IMG/VR virus record: IMGVR_UViG_3300025664_000001
Coordinates: 6,652-70,651 of that record
From: a virus
Strand: one strand, 5' to 3'
Length of the DNA stretch: 64,000 bases
Shown: one piece after another, positions 1 to 9,422 of the stretch
Layout: every line of letters begins with the position of its first letter
Position numbering within the stretch: the stretch's first letter is position 1
The notes under the pieces: model-generated
What the model was told of the DNA's origin: nothing
The model's input: only the letters and a program-made list of their open reading frames with translations
Databases searched by the model: none
Translations under genes and position numbers: made by a program

Positions 1-65
1 AGACGACGCAAGGGCATCGAGACAGCGTACGTCGCCACGGTGCCCTTGAATTCGCCGTTCATGGC

Positions 66-725
66 CTAGTCGTCTCCCTCTTCGTCCGGGTTGTCGCATA
101 CCATACTGATATCGTCAACAGGGCAAATCGGCTCGCCGACTTCCAGCCACTTCTTCGTCAGCCTCACGGTGTAGCCGCACTCGCCGCACTGGCACTTGAG
201 CATGCGGGTGGACTGCTTCTTGCCGCCCTTGCCATCGTGGCGGAGCCTGCCGGCCGGGTACTGGCCGATCTTCTCGACGAGGGCCTTGGCCCACGCCACG
301 AAGTCCGGGGCCTCGGTCGTGGCCGTCATCTTTCCCTCCAGCCCTATCGCCAGAGCGACCTTCTTGAACGCCGCCCGGTGGCCGGCTTCGGTGCCGACTA
401 CCGCGTGGACCATTTCGTGAGCGAGCACTCCGAGGATGCGAACGCTCGCCTCGACCTTGCCCTTGTCCTGCGCCCGGGGCGCATGGCCTAGCTCCGGGGA
501 AATGAATATCTCGTTGTGCGCGTCGTCGCTCGACATGAGTGACCAGCACTGGCCGATAGCTCGGGCCTTGCCGTGGTTGCCCTTGGGCCAGCCGATGCTG
601 ACACGCACGGCCTCGGGCACTTCGTATCCCAGAGCCGTGAACTTCTTGCGTAGGGCCGCGGTGCCCTTCTCAATCCACACGTGCCGCTCGGCAGATGTGG
701 CCGCGAGTACGAGAGCGTTACCCAT
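66..725 (-). CDS. SprT-like zinc metalloprotease with C-terminal Cys cluster
   Basis: HEMVH (HExxH) followed by GH..F, then CxCxxC...CP; ATG at 725 preceded by GAGG and overlapping the upstream stop. Confidence 0.75.
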   Translation of the reverse strand: MGNALVLAATSAERHVWIEKGTAALRKKFTALGYEVPEAVRVSIGWPKGNHGKARAIGQCWSLMSSDDAHNEIFISPELGHAPRAQDKGKVEASVRILGVLAHEMVHAVVGTEAGHRAAFKKVALAIGLEGKMTATTEAPDFVAWAKALVEKIGQYPAGRLRHDGKGGKKQSTRMLKCQCGECGYTVRLTKKWLEVGEPICPVDDISMVCDNPDEEGDD

Positions 726-915
726 TGATTGCCTCTTCGATTGTTTGGGTCGTATAGACCGTCTCCGTCCGCACGACGCGATAGTTGACGCCGGTTTGTT
801 CACGGCCAAGATCAGCAAGCCTTCGGGCTTGCGCGTAAGACTTCGGGTAGCCAACTCCGCGGTCGGCGAGGCATGAGCCTTTGCCGGACACCGGGAGCAC
901 TTTGTAAATTGCCAT
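718..915 (-). CDS. hypothetical early protein
   Basis: tightly packed ORF with GGAGG RBS. Confidence 0.6.
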   Translation of the reverse strand: MAIYKVLPVSGKGSCLADRGVGYPKSYAQARRLADLGREQTGVNYRVVRTETVYTTQTIEEAING

Positions 916-927
916 CTTAAAACCCTC

Positions 928-1161
928 CTAACCGTCTCCGTCGGCGCCGCAAAATTCGCAGTAGCAGCGGCCCTCGCCGAAGTAGCTTTCGTCGTCGCCG
1001 CCGTATGCGGTGCCGGTCAGGACGTAGCTGTGTCCGCCCTTGTTCGTGCAGTGAAGCTCGCCGTCGTCGTCATCGACTGGGCGAGACTTTTCCATGCGCT
1101 TCTTGTTGGGGACGACCTTAGCCCCCAGCTTGCGCACAGCCTTGGCAACCGGGTTACGCAT
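928..1161 (-). CDS. small Cys/His-rich (Zn-finger-like) hypothetical protein
   Basis: C..H..CYCEFCG; GGAG RBS. Confidence 0.6.
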   Translation of the reverse strand: MRNPVAKAVRKLGAKVVPNKKRMEKSRPVDDDDGELHCTNKGGHSYVLTGTAYGGDDESYFGEGRCYCEFCGADGDG

Positions 1162-1170
1162 CTGATTCTC

Positions 1171-1386
1171 CTAGTAGTCGAAGCCACTCTCTGCGCGATC
1201 TGCGCAGCGATCACATTGGTATCCACGTGCCCGGTCGGCCGGCGTCAGAACATTCTTGGCGCCGCAATTTGGGCACGGCAGGTTGCGCGGGTTAGAGCGC
1301 GAGGCAGCACGCAGGGCAGACTTGCCGCCCGGGTCGGCGAAGCGCATGCGGTCGTCGCCGTCTTCGTAGTCGTCATAGTCACGCAT
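1171..1386 (-). CDS. small Zn-ribbon protein
   Basis: CPNC...CDRC pairs. Confidence 0.65.
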   Translation of the reverse strand: MRDYDDYEDGDDRMRFADPGGKSALRAASRSNPRNLPCPNCGAKNVLTPADRARGYQCDRCADRAESGFDY

Positions 1387-1573
1387 TTGAACCCTCGATG
1401 GTGAAACGGTAGTTGCTAAGCTCGGCCTCGGTCACGGCACCGGCCACGACGAGTTGTCTGGCGGCGGCCCACTTTGCCTTGACTTTGTTTTCGGCGAACA
1501 CTTCCAGAATGTTCCAGTCGTCTTGGCCGGCGACCTTGAACTTGCGGGCGACGAGAACGTTGAAGCGGGTCAT
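1379..1573 (-). CDS. hypothetical protein
   Basis: overlapping start/stop chain. Confidence 0.6.
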   Translation of the reverse strand: MTRFNVLVARKFKVAGQDDWNILEVFAENKVKAKWAAARQLVVAGAVTEAELSNYRFTIEGSNA

Positions 1574-2049
1574 GCTGTTTCCTTTTCTGCGGCGTCAACC
1601 CATTTTTGAACTTGCGCGGCATGGGACGCCGCGTTGTCCCCGGTCAATACATCGGGGGCCTTGGTCAGCGGGAGATTGAAGAGAGTGCTGATTGCGTACC
1701 TGATCACGTTGAGCCAAACCTCGTCGGTGCAGGCGGCGTGATCATCGCGCTCAGTCAGGCCAGAGGCGAAGTCGTCGCGCCCGGCCAGAATGCAAACGTT
1801 GCGCGTGCCGGGAAGCTCGACGTGGCCGCCGCTGATGTTGTAGGCGTTGCGCACCCAGCCGCCCGAGTGAACCTTGGTCCAGCGGACATATCCCTTCACC
1901 AGCCCCTTACGTGGGCCGCGAGAGAACTTCGGGAGCAGGGAATAGATCAGGGCCGCGCCGGCCTCACCGTACCGGCGAGCAACGAAGCTCTTGCCGAAGT
2001 CGCTGGCGAGCGGGGCGAACTTGATTTCGGTGCGGGCATAGGTGGTCAT
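1570..2049 (-). CDS. hypothetical protein
   Basis: ATGA overlaps on both sides. Confidence 0.65.
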   Translation of the reverse strand: MTTYARTEIKFAPLASDFGKSFVARRYGEAGAALIYSLLPKFSRGPRKGLVKGYVRWTKVHSGGWVRNAYNISGGHVELPGTRNVCILAGRDDFASGLTERDDHAACTDEVWLNVIRYAISTLFNLPLTKAPDVLTGDNAASHAAQVQKWVDAAEKETA

Positions 2050-2240
2050 AGCGCCACCAGATGACCAGTCGCGTACGAGTAGTTGACCGGCTCGGTCACT
2101 TCCACCGCCCGGCTATCCGCGCAGCTTGTCCAGCGCATGAACAGGTCACGAGCGTTGTTGGCAGCTTCCGCCTCGGTCGCGAACACGAGCCCGTTGCGGG
2201 ACCACTTGTTCTCTACGAAAACTTCCGGCTTCCAAGACAT
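2046..2240 (-). CDS. conserved small phage early protein (MSWKPEV...)
   Basis: ATG at 2240 with AAGGA RBS, directly downstream of a promoter. Confidence 0.65.
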   Translation of the reverse strand: MSWKPEVFVENKWSRNGLVFATEAEAANNARDLFMRWTSCADSRAVEVTEPVNYSYATGHLVAL

Positions 2241-2273
2241 TTTGTGTCCTTCGGGGTTTCTAGTGATACCCCT

Positions 2274-2336
2274 GATATAGACGCTTTCGGCGAATCCGTC
2301 TATAGCCCGTTTACACGGAGTATGAGCTAGGTTAAC
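2274..2336 (-). promoter_or_regulatory. sigma70-type early promoter with upstream GTTAAC-N13-CGTGTAAAC box
   Basis: minus strand TAGACG-N17-TATATC; same architecture at 51385-51447 and 29602-29654. Confidence 0.65.
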
Positions 2337-2430
2337 AGGATCATAACGACGAAGAGCACGGCCCCGAGGAAAGCCAGATAACCCAGCAACCTCAAGGCTT
2401 TGCGGTCTTTCTGGCGCTGGGTCCGGAGGA

Positions 2431-2679
2431 TCATTTCCGCGATGGTGACGGGCATGCGCAAAGCTCCTGAAGGGTCCGGATGACGCGCCGGATATCACGT
2501 ATCGTGTTCTTTTGACTGCGCCGGTCGCCGGGCGTGCCGGGCACAAAGACCTTGCGCTCATGCTGCCCGAGCCTGACGACCGCAGCCGGGTGCTTCGAGT
2601 GATTGACCCAGACGACGGTCGCCCCGGCCTCGACGATGACAGCTTCGAACACCTTGGCGTCGCGGCGGTCAAGGGGCAT
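2431..2679 (-). CDS. HicA-like (dsRBD-fold) small protein
   Basis: KH...TPGDRRSQKN..RDIRR pattern typical of HicA-like phage proteins. Confidence 0.5.
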   Translation of the reverse strand: MPLDRRDAKVFEAVIVEAGATVVWVNHSKHPAAVVRLGQHERKVFVPGTPGDRRSQKNTIRDIRRVIRTLQELCACPSPSRK

Positions 2680-2878
2680 CGCGCTTGTCCTCGTCGCCGC
2701 GGTACTCGACGCGCCCGTGCTCACGCAGCGTGTTGATCATCGCAGCGTGATCGATCAATAGATTCGTGAGCGTAAGGGTTGGGAGGGTGACTGACTTGCC
2801 GCGCGTCTTATCGCTCGCGGCGTGTGCGGCCTCGAACTGAGGCATGGTCGTCGCGAGGCGGATGACTGGGCGGCTCAT
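2669..2878 (-). CDS. hypothetical protein
   Basis: overlap chain. Confidence 0.55.
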   Translation of the reverse strand: MSRPVIRLATTMPQFEAAHAASDKTRGKSVTLPTLTLTNLLIDHAAMINTLREHGRVEYRGDEDKRDAP

Positions 2879-3210
2879 AGATCGAACCGCTCGGACAGCT
2901 TCTTGACCGTCGTCTCGCCGAGAATCAACTCAACGTCGATCACGTCTCCGTCGGACAGGTCGGCCCAATACTCTTCGATGTAGGCGTGCGCCACGCGCAT
3001 CGTGCGGCTCGACGCCGGCCAATCGTACGGGTCGTACGCGGCAATGTCGCCGTGGCTGGGGGAGAGCTTCGTCAGCACGACGCACTTCTCCGTGCCGTAG
3101 CCGGCGCGGCCGAGCAGGTATCCGTCGAGATTAGTGCGAGCGACCATGCTCACCGCGAGAACTGGGATGAACGTGCAGTTGTCGCGAACTTCCAAAGCAA
3201 GCGCTCTCAT
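2875..3210 (-). CDS. conserved phage hypothetical protein
   Basis: ATG at 3210 with GAGG RBS; AYDPYDW..RTM..AH.YIEE.W motif. Confidence 0.65.
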   Translation of the reverse strand: MRALALEVRDNCTFIPVLAVSMVARTNLDGYLLGRAGYGTEKCVVLTKLSPSHGDIAAYDPYDWPASSRTMRVAHAYIEEYWADLSDGDVIDVELILGETTVKKLSERFDL

Positions 3211-3364
3211 TTCGTTTTCCTCTTCGGGTCTTCGGCGCGGGCGTCGCGACCGCGTGCGGAGAATGCGCCCTTCTGATTCAGGTAGATGATGTGAACAGGA
3301 TTCGGCCAGACCTTCCCGTTCCGGTCCATGTAGGGGAAGCGCCTTGAACTCGGGTTCATTGGGA

Positions 3365-3610
3365 CTACCATCTGCCCCTCCCTCCACGGGCTCCGTACGA
3401 GCGCCCGGCGAACGCATCATGGTCTCCGCGCCCGCCGGACTCTCTCAGGCCAAAAACTTCAATGCCAAGGTTGGGGTCTTGATCGATGATGCACATGGTG
3501 CCGGACGGTAGTTGCACCGGGTCGCCGCCCTTGGGGCAGGCGGCCGGCGGGTTCACTGCCGACACGACGGCTAGAATTTTGGCGATCTGGGCGAGGGTCA
3601 GGACACTCAT
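3365..3610 (-). CDS. small putative secreted/membrane protein
   Basis: hydrophobic N-terminus, two Cys. Confidence 0.5.
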   Translation of the reverse strand: MSVLTLAQIAKILAVVSAVNPPAACPKGGDPVQLPSGTMCIIDQDPNLGIEVFGLRESGGRGDHDAFAGRSYGARGGRGRW

Positions 3611-3772
3611 TCAGTGCCTCGCCTTTCCGTATCCGCCGTTGAAGACTGCCCGGCGTGCCATCGCGCGGGCGGCATCACGGAGCCACTTGATCCGGGCGCG
3701 CGTGCGTGTGGCCTCGGTACGGGGTGCGGGGGTCTTGCCCCGGGTCTGCGAAAGAGTTGCTTTTAGGTCCAT
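3611..3772 (-). CDS. small basic hypothetical protein (not in ORF track)
   Basis: MDLKATLSQTR...GKARH*, downstream of TTGACC-N17-TAGGTA promoter-like sequence. Confidence 0.45.
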   Translation of the reverse strand: MDLKATLSQTRGKTPAPRTEATRTRARIKWLRDAARAMARRAVFNGGYGKARH

Positions 3773-3827
3773 TCCCCATACCTAGCAATCGCCAACGCTC
3801 GGGTCAACTTCCTACCTTTGAGCGGGG

Positions 3828-4160
3828 TTAACGGACCGTGACGGGCTCTAGCAGCCCTTCGATGACGGCGTCCGAGCCAGACTCATAGATGACGTTGATC
3901 CGGAAATACTGGCCGCCTGTCTTCGTCGGGTGCTGGTCAGTCGTCGGGCGACCCATCTTCAGATCGGCGAGCCGGGCTACCATCGTCCGGCGCAGAGTCT
4001 CGTAGGCGACGTGACGGTCACGCCACGCCCCGAGCACAACAATCTCTGCCGGCGTTGTCAGCACGGCGACCCAGAAGGGGAGCGCGTCAGCGCGCTCGAA
4101 CCTGTCCACCGGAACGCTCGCTCGTATACCAGCCAGCGGGGGAAGATCGGTCAACATCAA
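3828..4160 (-). CDS. hypothetical protein
   Basis: overlap chain. Confidence 0.55.
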   Translation of the reverse strand: MMLTDLPPLAGIRASVPVDRFERADALPFWVAVLTTPAEIVVLGAWRDRHVAYETLRRTMVARLADLKMGRPTTDQHPTKTGGQYFRINVIYESGSDAVIEGLLEPVTVR

Positions 4161-4477
4161 CTCGGTTCCTTTCCGCGTGAATTCGGTTCCCTTCCTTCTC
4201 GCGCACCTTCCGCCTGAAGCCGGCCGTAGTAGGCCAGAGTCTCATGCGCAGCCGCGACAAGGTCCGCCTGCAAATCGAACATGGTCAGGTGCAGAGCGCG
4301 GAAGTACGGCAGGCGCCAGTCGTACGGCGGCTTGTCCCGCATCTTCTCGATCTGCTTGTAATACTGCCCGGCGCACGCCTCGACGTTCGTCCGCAATTCC
4401 ATCAACGACGTGTGGAGATTGCGGGCGGAGTCTATTTCGTCCTGATAGATGGGGGCGCTCACGACGTGCGCTGCCAC
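4157..4477 (-). CDS. hypothetical protein
   Basis: overlap chain. Confidence 0.55.
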   Translation of the reverse strand: MAAHVVSAPIYQDEIDSARNLHTSLMELRTNVEACAGQYYKQIEKMRDKPPYDWRLPYFRALHLTMFDLQADLVAAAHETLAYYGRLQAEGAREGREPNSRGKEPS

Positions 4478-4965
4478 GTTAGGGTGAGCGTCGAGATGCG
4501 GTAGTCGTATTCCTCCCTGATCAGATCGCAGGGACCGCCAAGGACGCGCTCAGCGTCACGCAGCGCATCGACGATGCCCCGAGCGGCTCCGGTGTTGGCA
4601 AGACGTTCGAACGTGAGTGCCTTCGACAACTGATACTTCAGCTTCGACTCGAACGTCGGCTTCTGCGTGCGAACGTCGGCCGCCTTATTAGGATAGCGAT
4701 ACGACGGGTCACGCATCAGATTGGCCGCGTCAAACCATCCTTCGTGATTCTCTTCGTTTTTCCAGTACGATACATAGTAGCGGGGGTAGCGCCAACCAGA
4801 GTCAAAGGCTCGGATGACACCCGCCTGTAGGGGAACGTCCCACCATTCCTCCCCTAGCTTCACCGTCGCGCCGCTCGGGAACTTGTGATGGCCGACAGGA
4901 TAGGTATAGGCCATCTTTCCTATATCACGGAAATAGACCGTCTCGCCTACTTTGAATCCGTCCAT
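4459..4965 (-). CDS. hypothetical protein
   Basis: overlap chain. Confidence 0.55.
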   Translation of the reverse strand: MDGFKVGETVYFRDIGKMAYTYPVGHHKFPSGATVKLGEEWWDVPLQAGVIRAFDSGWRYPRYYVSYWKNEENHEGWFDAANLMRDPSYRYPNKAADVRTQKPTFESKLKYQLSKALTFERLANTGAARGIVDALRDAERVLGGPCDLIREEYDYRISTLTLTWQRTS

Positions 4966-6044
4966 TTGAATTTTCCTAGCTCGGCCCAGCCCACGCCCCA
5001 GAGCGTGAGCAGGCGGGTGAAGTAGGCTTCGTACTTTTGGCCGATGTGGTCAAGAGAATAGTTGTCCACGACGTGCTCGCGAATCTTCACCGGGTCGAGC
5101 GTATCCACCATGTTGCAGGCGTTGCAGAACTCGACGAGATTGCGGCAACGGTAGCCGGTGACTCCCTGCACGACCGTCTCAGTGAACGCACCCCAGTCCG
5201 TCGTAATGGCCGGCGTGCCGCACGCCATCGCCTCGATCACGGCATTGCCGAACGGTTCGATGTAGCGCGTCGGCGCGAGCAGCGCGCGAGCCTCGCCCAT
5301 GAGCTTGGACCGGAGCTTGGGTCCGACGATGCCATGATACTCAACATCGCCCACGAGCCCGGACGGCGTGCCCGGGCCGGCGACGACGAGCTTGGCCCCG
5401 AGCGCCGCGGTGATCTGCGACGCCACTTCCACACCCTTACGCGACGACGGGTCGAGCCTGCCGACGAACAGGTAGGAGTCTTTGCGTTTCGTCGAGAACG
5501 GAAAATCTTTCGGGTCGAGATAGCCCGGGATGACGGCGTCGTACCACCAGCCCTCGATGCCGTGCGCGTTGTTCATGCTCTGCGCTCCGGCAAGCGTGTG
5601 CATCCACGCATACGATTCGAAGACGCGATACTTTGAGAACGTGCCGGCGTAGCCGACGCCGAACTCAACCGCCATGTTCGACCCGTACGCATGTGCAATC
5701 TCTTGTTGCGCGCCGGATATAAGACAGATGAAGTCGTACTTCTTGACGCGCCGCTTCATCGCCCAGATCGCGTTGGCCGTGAAGATTTTCCAATGAGGCA
5801 TCGTGTTGTTGAACGACGAGTAGACGTAGCCCGAAACATTCTCGCCCTTGGCCCGCTGCTTCTCGGTGATGCACGGGACGTGCTCCGTGCAGGGGGCCGT
5901 GTTCTTGGCGCCCGAGTAGAGAATGACTTCGTGGCCACGTGCCATCATCATGCGGCAGAAGCCCATGACCTTGGTCGTGTACGCGCACGCCGGGAAGTTC
6001 CCGTCGGTTTGCGTGTGCGGCAGACTGACAACATGGAAGCGCAT
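4947..6044 (-). CDS. GT-B fold glycosyltransferase (GT4 / Glycos_transf_1)
   Basis: LFVGRL...KG and EPFGNAVIEAMACGTPAITTDWGAFTETV signature; likely start MRFHVV at 6044. Confidence 0.9.
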   Translation of the reverse strand: MRFHVVSLPHTQTDGNFPACAYTTKVMGFCRMMMARGHEVILYSGAKNTAPCTEHVPCITEKQRAKGENVSGYVYSSFNNTMPHWKIFTANAIWAMKRRVKKYDFICLISGAQQEIAHAYGSNMAVEFGVGYAGTFSKYRVFESYAWMHTLAGAQSMNNAHGIEGWWYDAVIPGYLDPKDFPFSTKRKDSYLFVGRLDPSSRKGVEVASQITAALGAKLVVAGPGTPSGLVGDVEYHGIVGPKLRSKLMGEARALLAPTRYIEPFGNAVIEAMACGTPAITTDWGAFTETVVQGVTGYRCRNLVEFCNACNMVDTLDPVKIREHVVDNYSLDHIGQKYEAYFTRLLTLWGVGWAELGKFKWTDSK

Positions 6045-6049
6045 AGCGT

Positions 6050-6364
6050 TTACACGGTCCCTATCTTGTTTCCCGTCCAATAGACCTTGGTCTCACGTGC
6101 GTTGCTCGTCTTGTCTTTCATCCTCACGTATTCTCTCGTGGGCAGTAGAAGACCACGCCTGATCGCGGCAGCGGTCAGCGCTCCCCAAGCGTGAGGATCG
6201 GTAGGCGGGCCAATCGTCGGTTCTAGGGCGTGACGAAGCTGCTCGCCGGTAAAATTGCGGGAGCCAAACGTGGCAATGGTTTCAAGCGCGGCTTTCAGCC
6301 ACGCCGCGTTAGGCTTGAGAACGCGCGCCATTCCCTCGTCACGGGCTTCTTCTCCGGGTTCCAT
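6050..6364 (-). CDS. conserved phage protein (winged-helix-like)
   Basis: ARDEGM..V..W; P.DPHAWGAL...A.RRGLL motif. Confidence 0.6.
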   Translation of the reverse strand: MEPGEEARDEGMARVLKPNAAWLKAALETIATFGSRNFTGEQLRHALEPTIGPPTDPHAWGALTAAAIRRGLLLPTREYVRMKDKTSNARETKVYWTGNKIGTV

Positions 6365-6624
6365 TAAACTCCCTCCACTTCGACGACGACGTGGTCGCCG
6401 TACTCGTTGAGCAGTTCGGCGACGCGCTCGCCGAGCTTCCGCGCCTCGGGCTCCGACATATTCATAGATATGTTGAGCACCGGCACGCCAGACTTGAGCA
6501 CGGCGGTTCGACCGAACGATTGCCGGCAGTCGTAGGAATGCGGGGCTCTCTCGACGGCGAGCCTCGCGTGATCGTCAGTGGTCATGGCCGGCGCTCCTAT
6601 TCCGTCGCCTTTGACAAAGCCCAT
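6364..6624 (-). CDS. hypothetical protein
   Basis: overlap chain. Confidence 0.55.
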   Translation of the reverse strand: MGFVKGDGIGAPAMTTDDHARLAVERAPHSYDCRQSFGRTAVLKSGVPVLNISMNMSEPEARKLGERVAELLNEYGDHVVVEVEGV

Positions 6625-7317
6625 TAGTGCGGGCGCGGATGGTACTTCGACGGGTCGGTTCCGAAGATCGCGTCGAGCAGCTTCTCTTCGGGCGTCCGCT
6701 TGTCGCCGGTAACGATCTTGGCGCCGTTGCTCAGTTCTTCGAAACTGATGACCGCAAACCCCTCGCGCTTCAGCGCCTCGGTCAGCTTCTTTTCCAGTTC
6801 CTTGGAGTCTACGGCCGGGATATCGCTGGGGTTGATGATGACATGCCCGTTCTGCTTGAAGGAATGTTTCATCGACTCTGCGACGCGGTCCACTCTTGCC
6901 TCGTGGAAGGTCTTGGCATCTTCCGCCAGCTTGCCGGCGCCGTAGCCCGTCTTCAAGGCGGCGAGCTTGTCGGCCTTAGTATGCTTCTCTTCGATACGGT
7001 CGAGCCGTTCGATTTCGGCGACGAGCATCGTCGCGGCGATGACGAGATTCTGACGCGCACTGTCCGCCGGGTGAAACTCATTGCGTGCCCAAGCCCAGAG
7101 CCCGGCCTCGTGCATGAAGCCTTTCGTGTCGTCGTCGCTCAGGTCGCCAAGGATTCGCTCGACGCCCTCGTAGGCGTAGCAGATCGCACCGTCGGCAATC
7201 TCGCCAGCCTTGTATGCGTCGTCGTGCGCTGCGCTGTACCTGTCCTTCTGCTTCTCGCGTTCGGCAACGATTTCATTGAGAACGCGGACAGTAGCGAGTG
7301 CGGAATGACTCATCATG
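6624..7317 (-). CDS. conserved phage protein (ER..Q..HDD...R.NLV.A.A..VAEIERLDR family)
   Basis: recognisable motif; start probably at MMSHS (~7317), exact start uncertain. Confidence 0.65.
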
Positions 7318-7321
7318 GGGG

Positions 7322-7591
7322 TTATCCTTTCGTGGTGATAAGCGCGGGAAGCGACACGTCGCGCCACTCCGCGGTGATGTAGAGCGTGCGCTGCGCCATG
7401 TGAGCTTTATCCACTTGAAGCGCTGACTCGTAGGAGCGCACGAATGTTTCGAATTCATCTCTGGACTTGATGGCGCCGGCATACCGCCAGCGCCCTAACT
7501 CGAACTCAGGATTCCACCACGGCACGCGCCGCTGCACAGTGAACCCGTGATAGAAGCCATCCTTCGGGACGCAGCGATAACGGGTCTTCAC
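7322..7591 (-). CDS. hypothetical protein
   Basis: overlap chain. Confidence 0.55.
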   Translation of the reverse strand: MKTRYRCVPKDGFYHGFTVQRRVPWWNPEFELGRWRYAGAIKSRDEFETFVRSYESALQVDKAHMAQRTLYITAEWRDVSLPALITTKG

Positions 7592-7827
7592 TCGGGCTCT
7601 CCCATGCGCGGTTCGAACGAGCGAATGAATTTGCGCACGCGGTTTAGATCATGCCGGCTCAGATTGTGCAAGAGCCAATAGTCGTGCTGCTTGCCGTGAT
7701 GATCTTGGGCAAGCTGCACGTCGAGGGTCTCGACCATGCGCTTCTTCAAGTCGAGCGCGCCTTGGTCCGCGTCGGTGAGCAGACGGTTGTCACGCAGGAA
7801 CGGCCCGGGGTAGGGTGACTTCGGCAT
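7588..7827 (-). CDS. hypothetical protein
   Basis: overlap chain. Confidence 0.55.
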   Translation of the reverse strand: MPKSPYPGPFLRDNRLLTDADQGALDLKKRMVETLDVQLAQDHHGKQHDYWLLHNLSRHDLNRVRKFIRSFEPRMGEPE

Positions 7828-8273
7828 CAGAGCAGGCCAGTGACCCAGTAGATCGCCATGCCGACAACGATGCCGAACAGGAAGGCGCCGAACGGAGTTA
7901 TCCGTGCGCCCTTGAACGGATTGCCCGGCGGCTTGTCCGTCAGCGATTGGCTGGCAACATCGTCGTACAGATCGACGGCGTCGGGATGCGGGCCATTGCC
8001 GGCGCGTTCGACACCGGGCGGGTAGATCGGATGATCAGGGAAGGCGAAGGCGCCTCTCTTCGGAGCCGGTTGCGGCCAGACCTTGTCAAGCGTCTTCGGC
8101 TTGCGCTTCTGTTTCACCGGAGCTTTCACTTCGGCCAGTATCGTCTTGCGCTTGGTCATGGGAATGAATTCCTCGTTAGGCGGTGTGAGCTTGCGCTTCC
8201 GAATCGGTATGCCCGCCGCGCGCAGTTCGGCGGAAGCGTTGCGCATCTCTGCATCGTAGCGGCGACCCATCAC
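7827..8273 (-). CDS. hypothetical protein with C-terminal TM helix
   Basis: FGAFLFGIVVGMAIYWVTGLL. Confidence 0.55.
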   Translation of the reverse strand: MMGRRYDAEMRNASAELRAAGIPIRKRKLTPPNEEFIPMTKRKTILAEVKAPVKQKRKPKTLDKVWPQPAPKRGAFAFPDHPIYPPGVERAGNGPHPDAVDLYDDVASQSLTDKPPGNPFKGARITPFGAFLFGIVVGMAIYWVTGLL

Positions 8274-8731
8274 GGCACCGGAACCCAGAGCAGATCGTAC
8301 ACGAGCGCGTAGAGAAGGTAGGCGAGCCCGATGATGAAGAGCGTCAGCAAGAAGCTCGGCAGCGCTTTGCGTCGCGCCTCGCGACGATCATCGGCGTGGA
8401 TCATCACGCGCCCGGCCTCAGTCTCTTCCCAGTCTTCGTCGAACTTGCCGTGCTCGTCGAGCAGGTTCGTTCCGTTGCGATACTCCCAGCCGCGCGAGCG
8501 CGTGTACGGCCCGGACCAATCCCAATACCTGCGTTGATTCGGATAGCATAGCTTGCCGCCGCCAAGCGACTTCGGGTCATAGACGACGAAGCGCGGCAAC
8601 CACGCACCGTACCAGTGCCAGTTCCCATCGCGCTCGTTCGCGGTCCAGCGCCTCGGGCCGCCACTGATGCCGAGCAGGATCAGGTAGCCGGTGAACATGC
8701 ACGCGAGCATGAAGATCAGGAAGAAATCCAT
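8270..8731 (-). CDS. 2-TM membrane protein
   Basis: hydrophobic N- and C-termini; TGATG overlap at 8731. Confidence 0.6.
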   Translation of the reverse strand: MDFFLIFMLACMFTGYLILLGISGGPRRWTANERDGNWHWYGAWLPRFVVYDPKSLGGGKLCYPNQRRYWDWSGPYTRSRGWEYRNGTNLLDEHGKFDEDWEETEAGRVMIHADDRREARRKALPSFLLTLFIIGLAYLLYALVYDLLWVPVP

Positions 8732-8952
8732 CAGTACACTTCCTTCATAGGCTTCGCGTCGTACAATCGGAACCCTGAAATCAGGCTCTTGACCCGAACG
8801 CAGCCGTAGACAAGACCGGCCGCGATAAGCTCTGCCATCGCCCTCGGCGCGCTGGTGTAGTCGTACCACGCGCCGGCTTCGATGCGCGCGTAGAGCTTCT
8901 GGGCACGCGGGGAAAGGGTCTTGAGCCGACTAGCGGCTTCGCGCTTGTTCAC
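8731..8952 (-). CDS. hypothetical protein
   Basis: overlap chain. Confidence 0.55.
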   Translation of the reverse strand: MNKREAASRLKTLSPRAQKLYARIEAGAWYDYTSAPRAMAELIAAGLVYGCVRVKSLISGFRLYDAKPMKEVY

Positions 8953-9413
8953 TGGGCTTCGAAGTCCGACTGAAACTGCTTCACCGACGATATGAGTCGT
9001 TTGCCGGTTAGGCTCATGTTTCCATTTGAAGACGTGTACTCGTAGACAACCGACTTGTTGTCAGAAAAGACGACAACGATATCAGCGCCGGTTTGCCGGC
9101 CTATCCAGCATGAGCCAACTTCAGGCCGCTCCGAATGAATCACGACATGCCCGACGCTCTGCCACCTGTTCGTGTACTCGTCGGTATCATGGATGACGCG
9201 CGTCTCATAGCCATCTTCATTGCGCAGCACCGTGCCGACCGGGTAGCACGTCACCGGGTGCTCGTGATATTCCACGTGACCGACCCTCGCCCATGCTCTT
9301 TCCGGAAAGTCCACGTTCTCAAATCTAGCATCAACAATGCGCGTGTCCGAGCACGATGCCGTGCTCTCCGCGTTTTTCTTGGTGCCAAGTATCGTTCCGA
9401 GTCGGTGTTTCAT
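8949..9413 (-). CDS. hypothetical protein
   Basis: GGAG RBS, overlap chain. Confidence 0.55.
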   Translation of the reverse strand: MKHRLGTILGTKKNAESTASCSDTRIVDARFENVDFPERAWARVGHVEYHEHPVTCYPVGTVLRNEDGYETRVIHDTDEYTNRWQSVGHVVIHSERPEVGSCWIGRQTGADIVVVFSDNKSVVYEYTSSNGNMSLTGKRLISSVKQFQSDFEAQ

Positions 9414-9422
9414 TTGCGTCTC

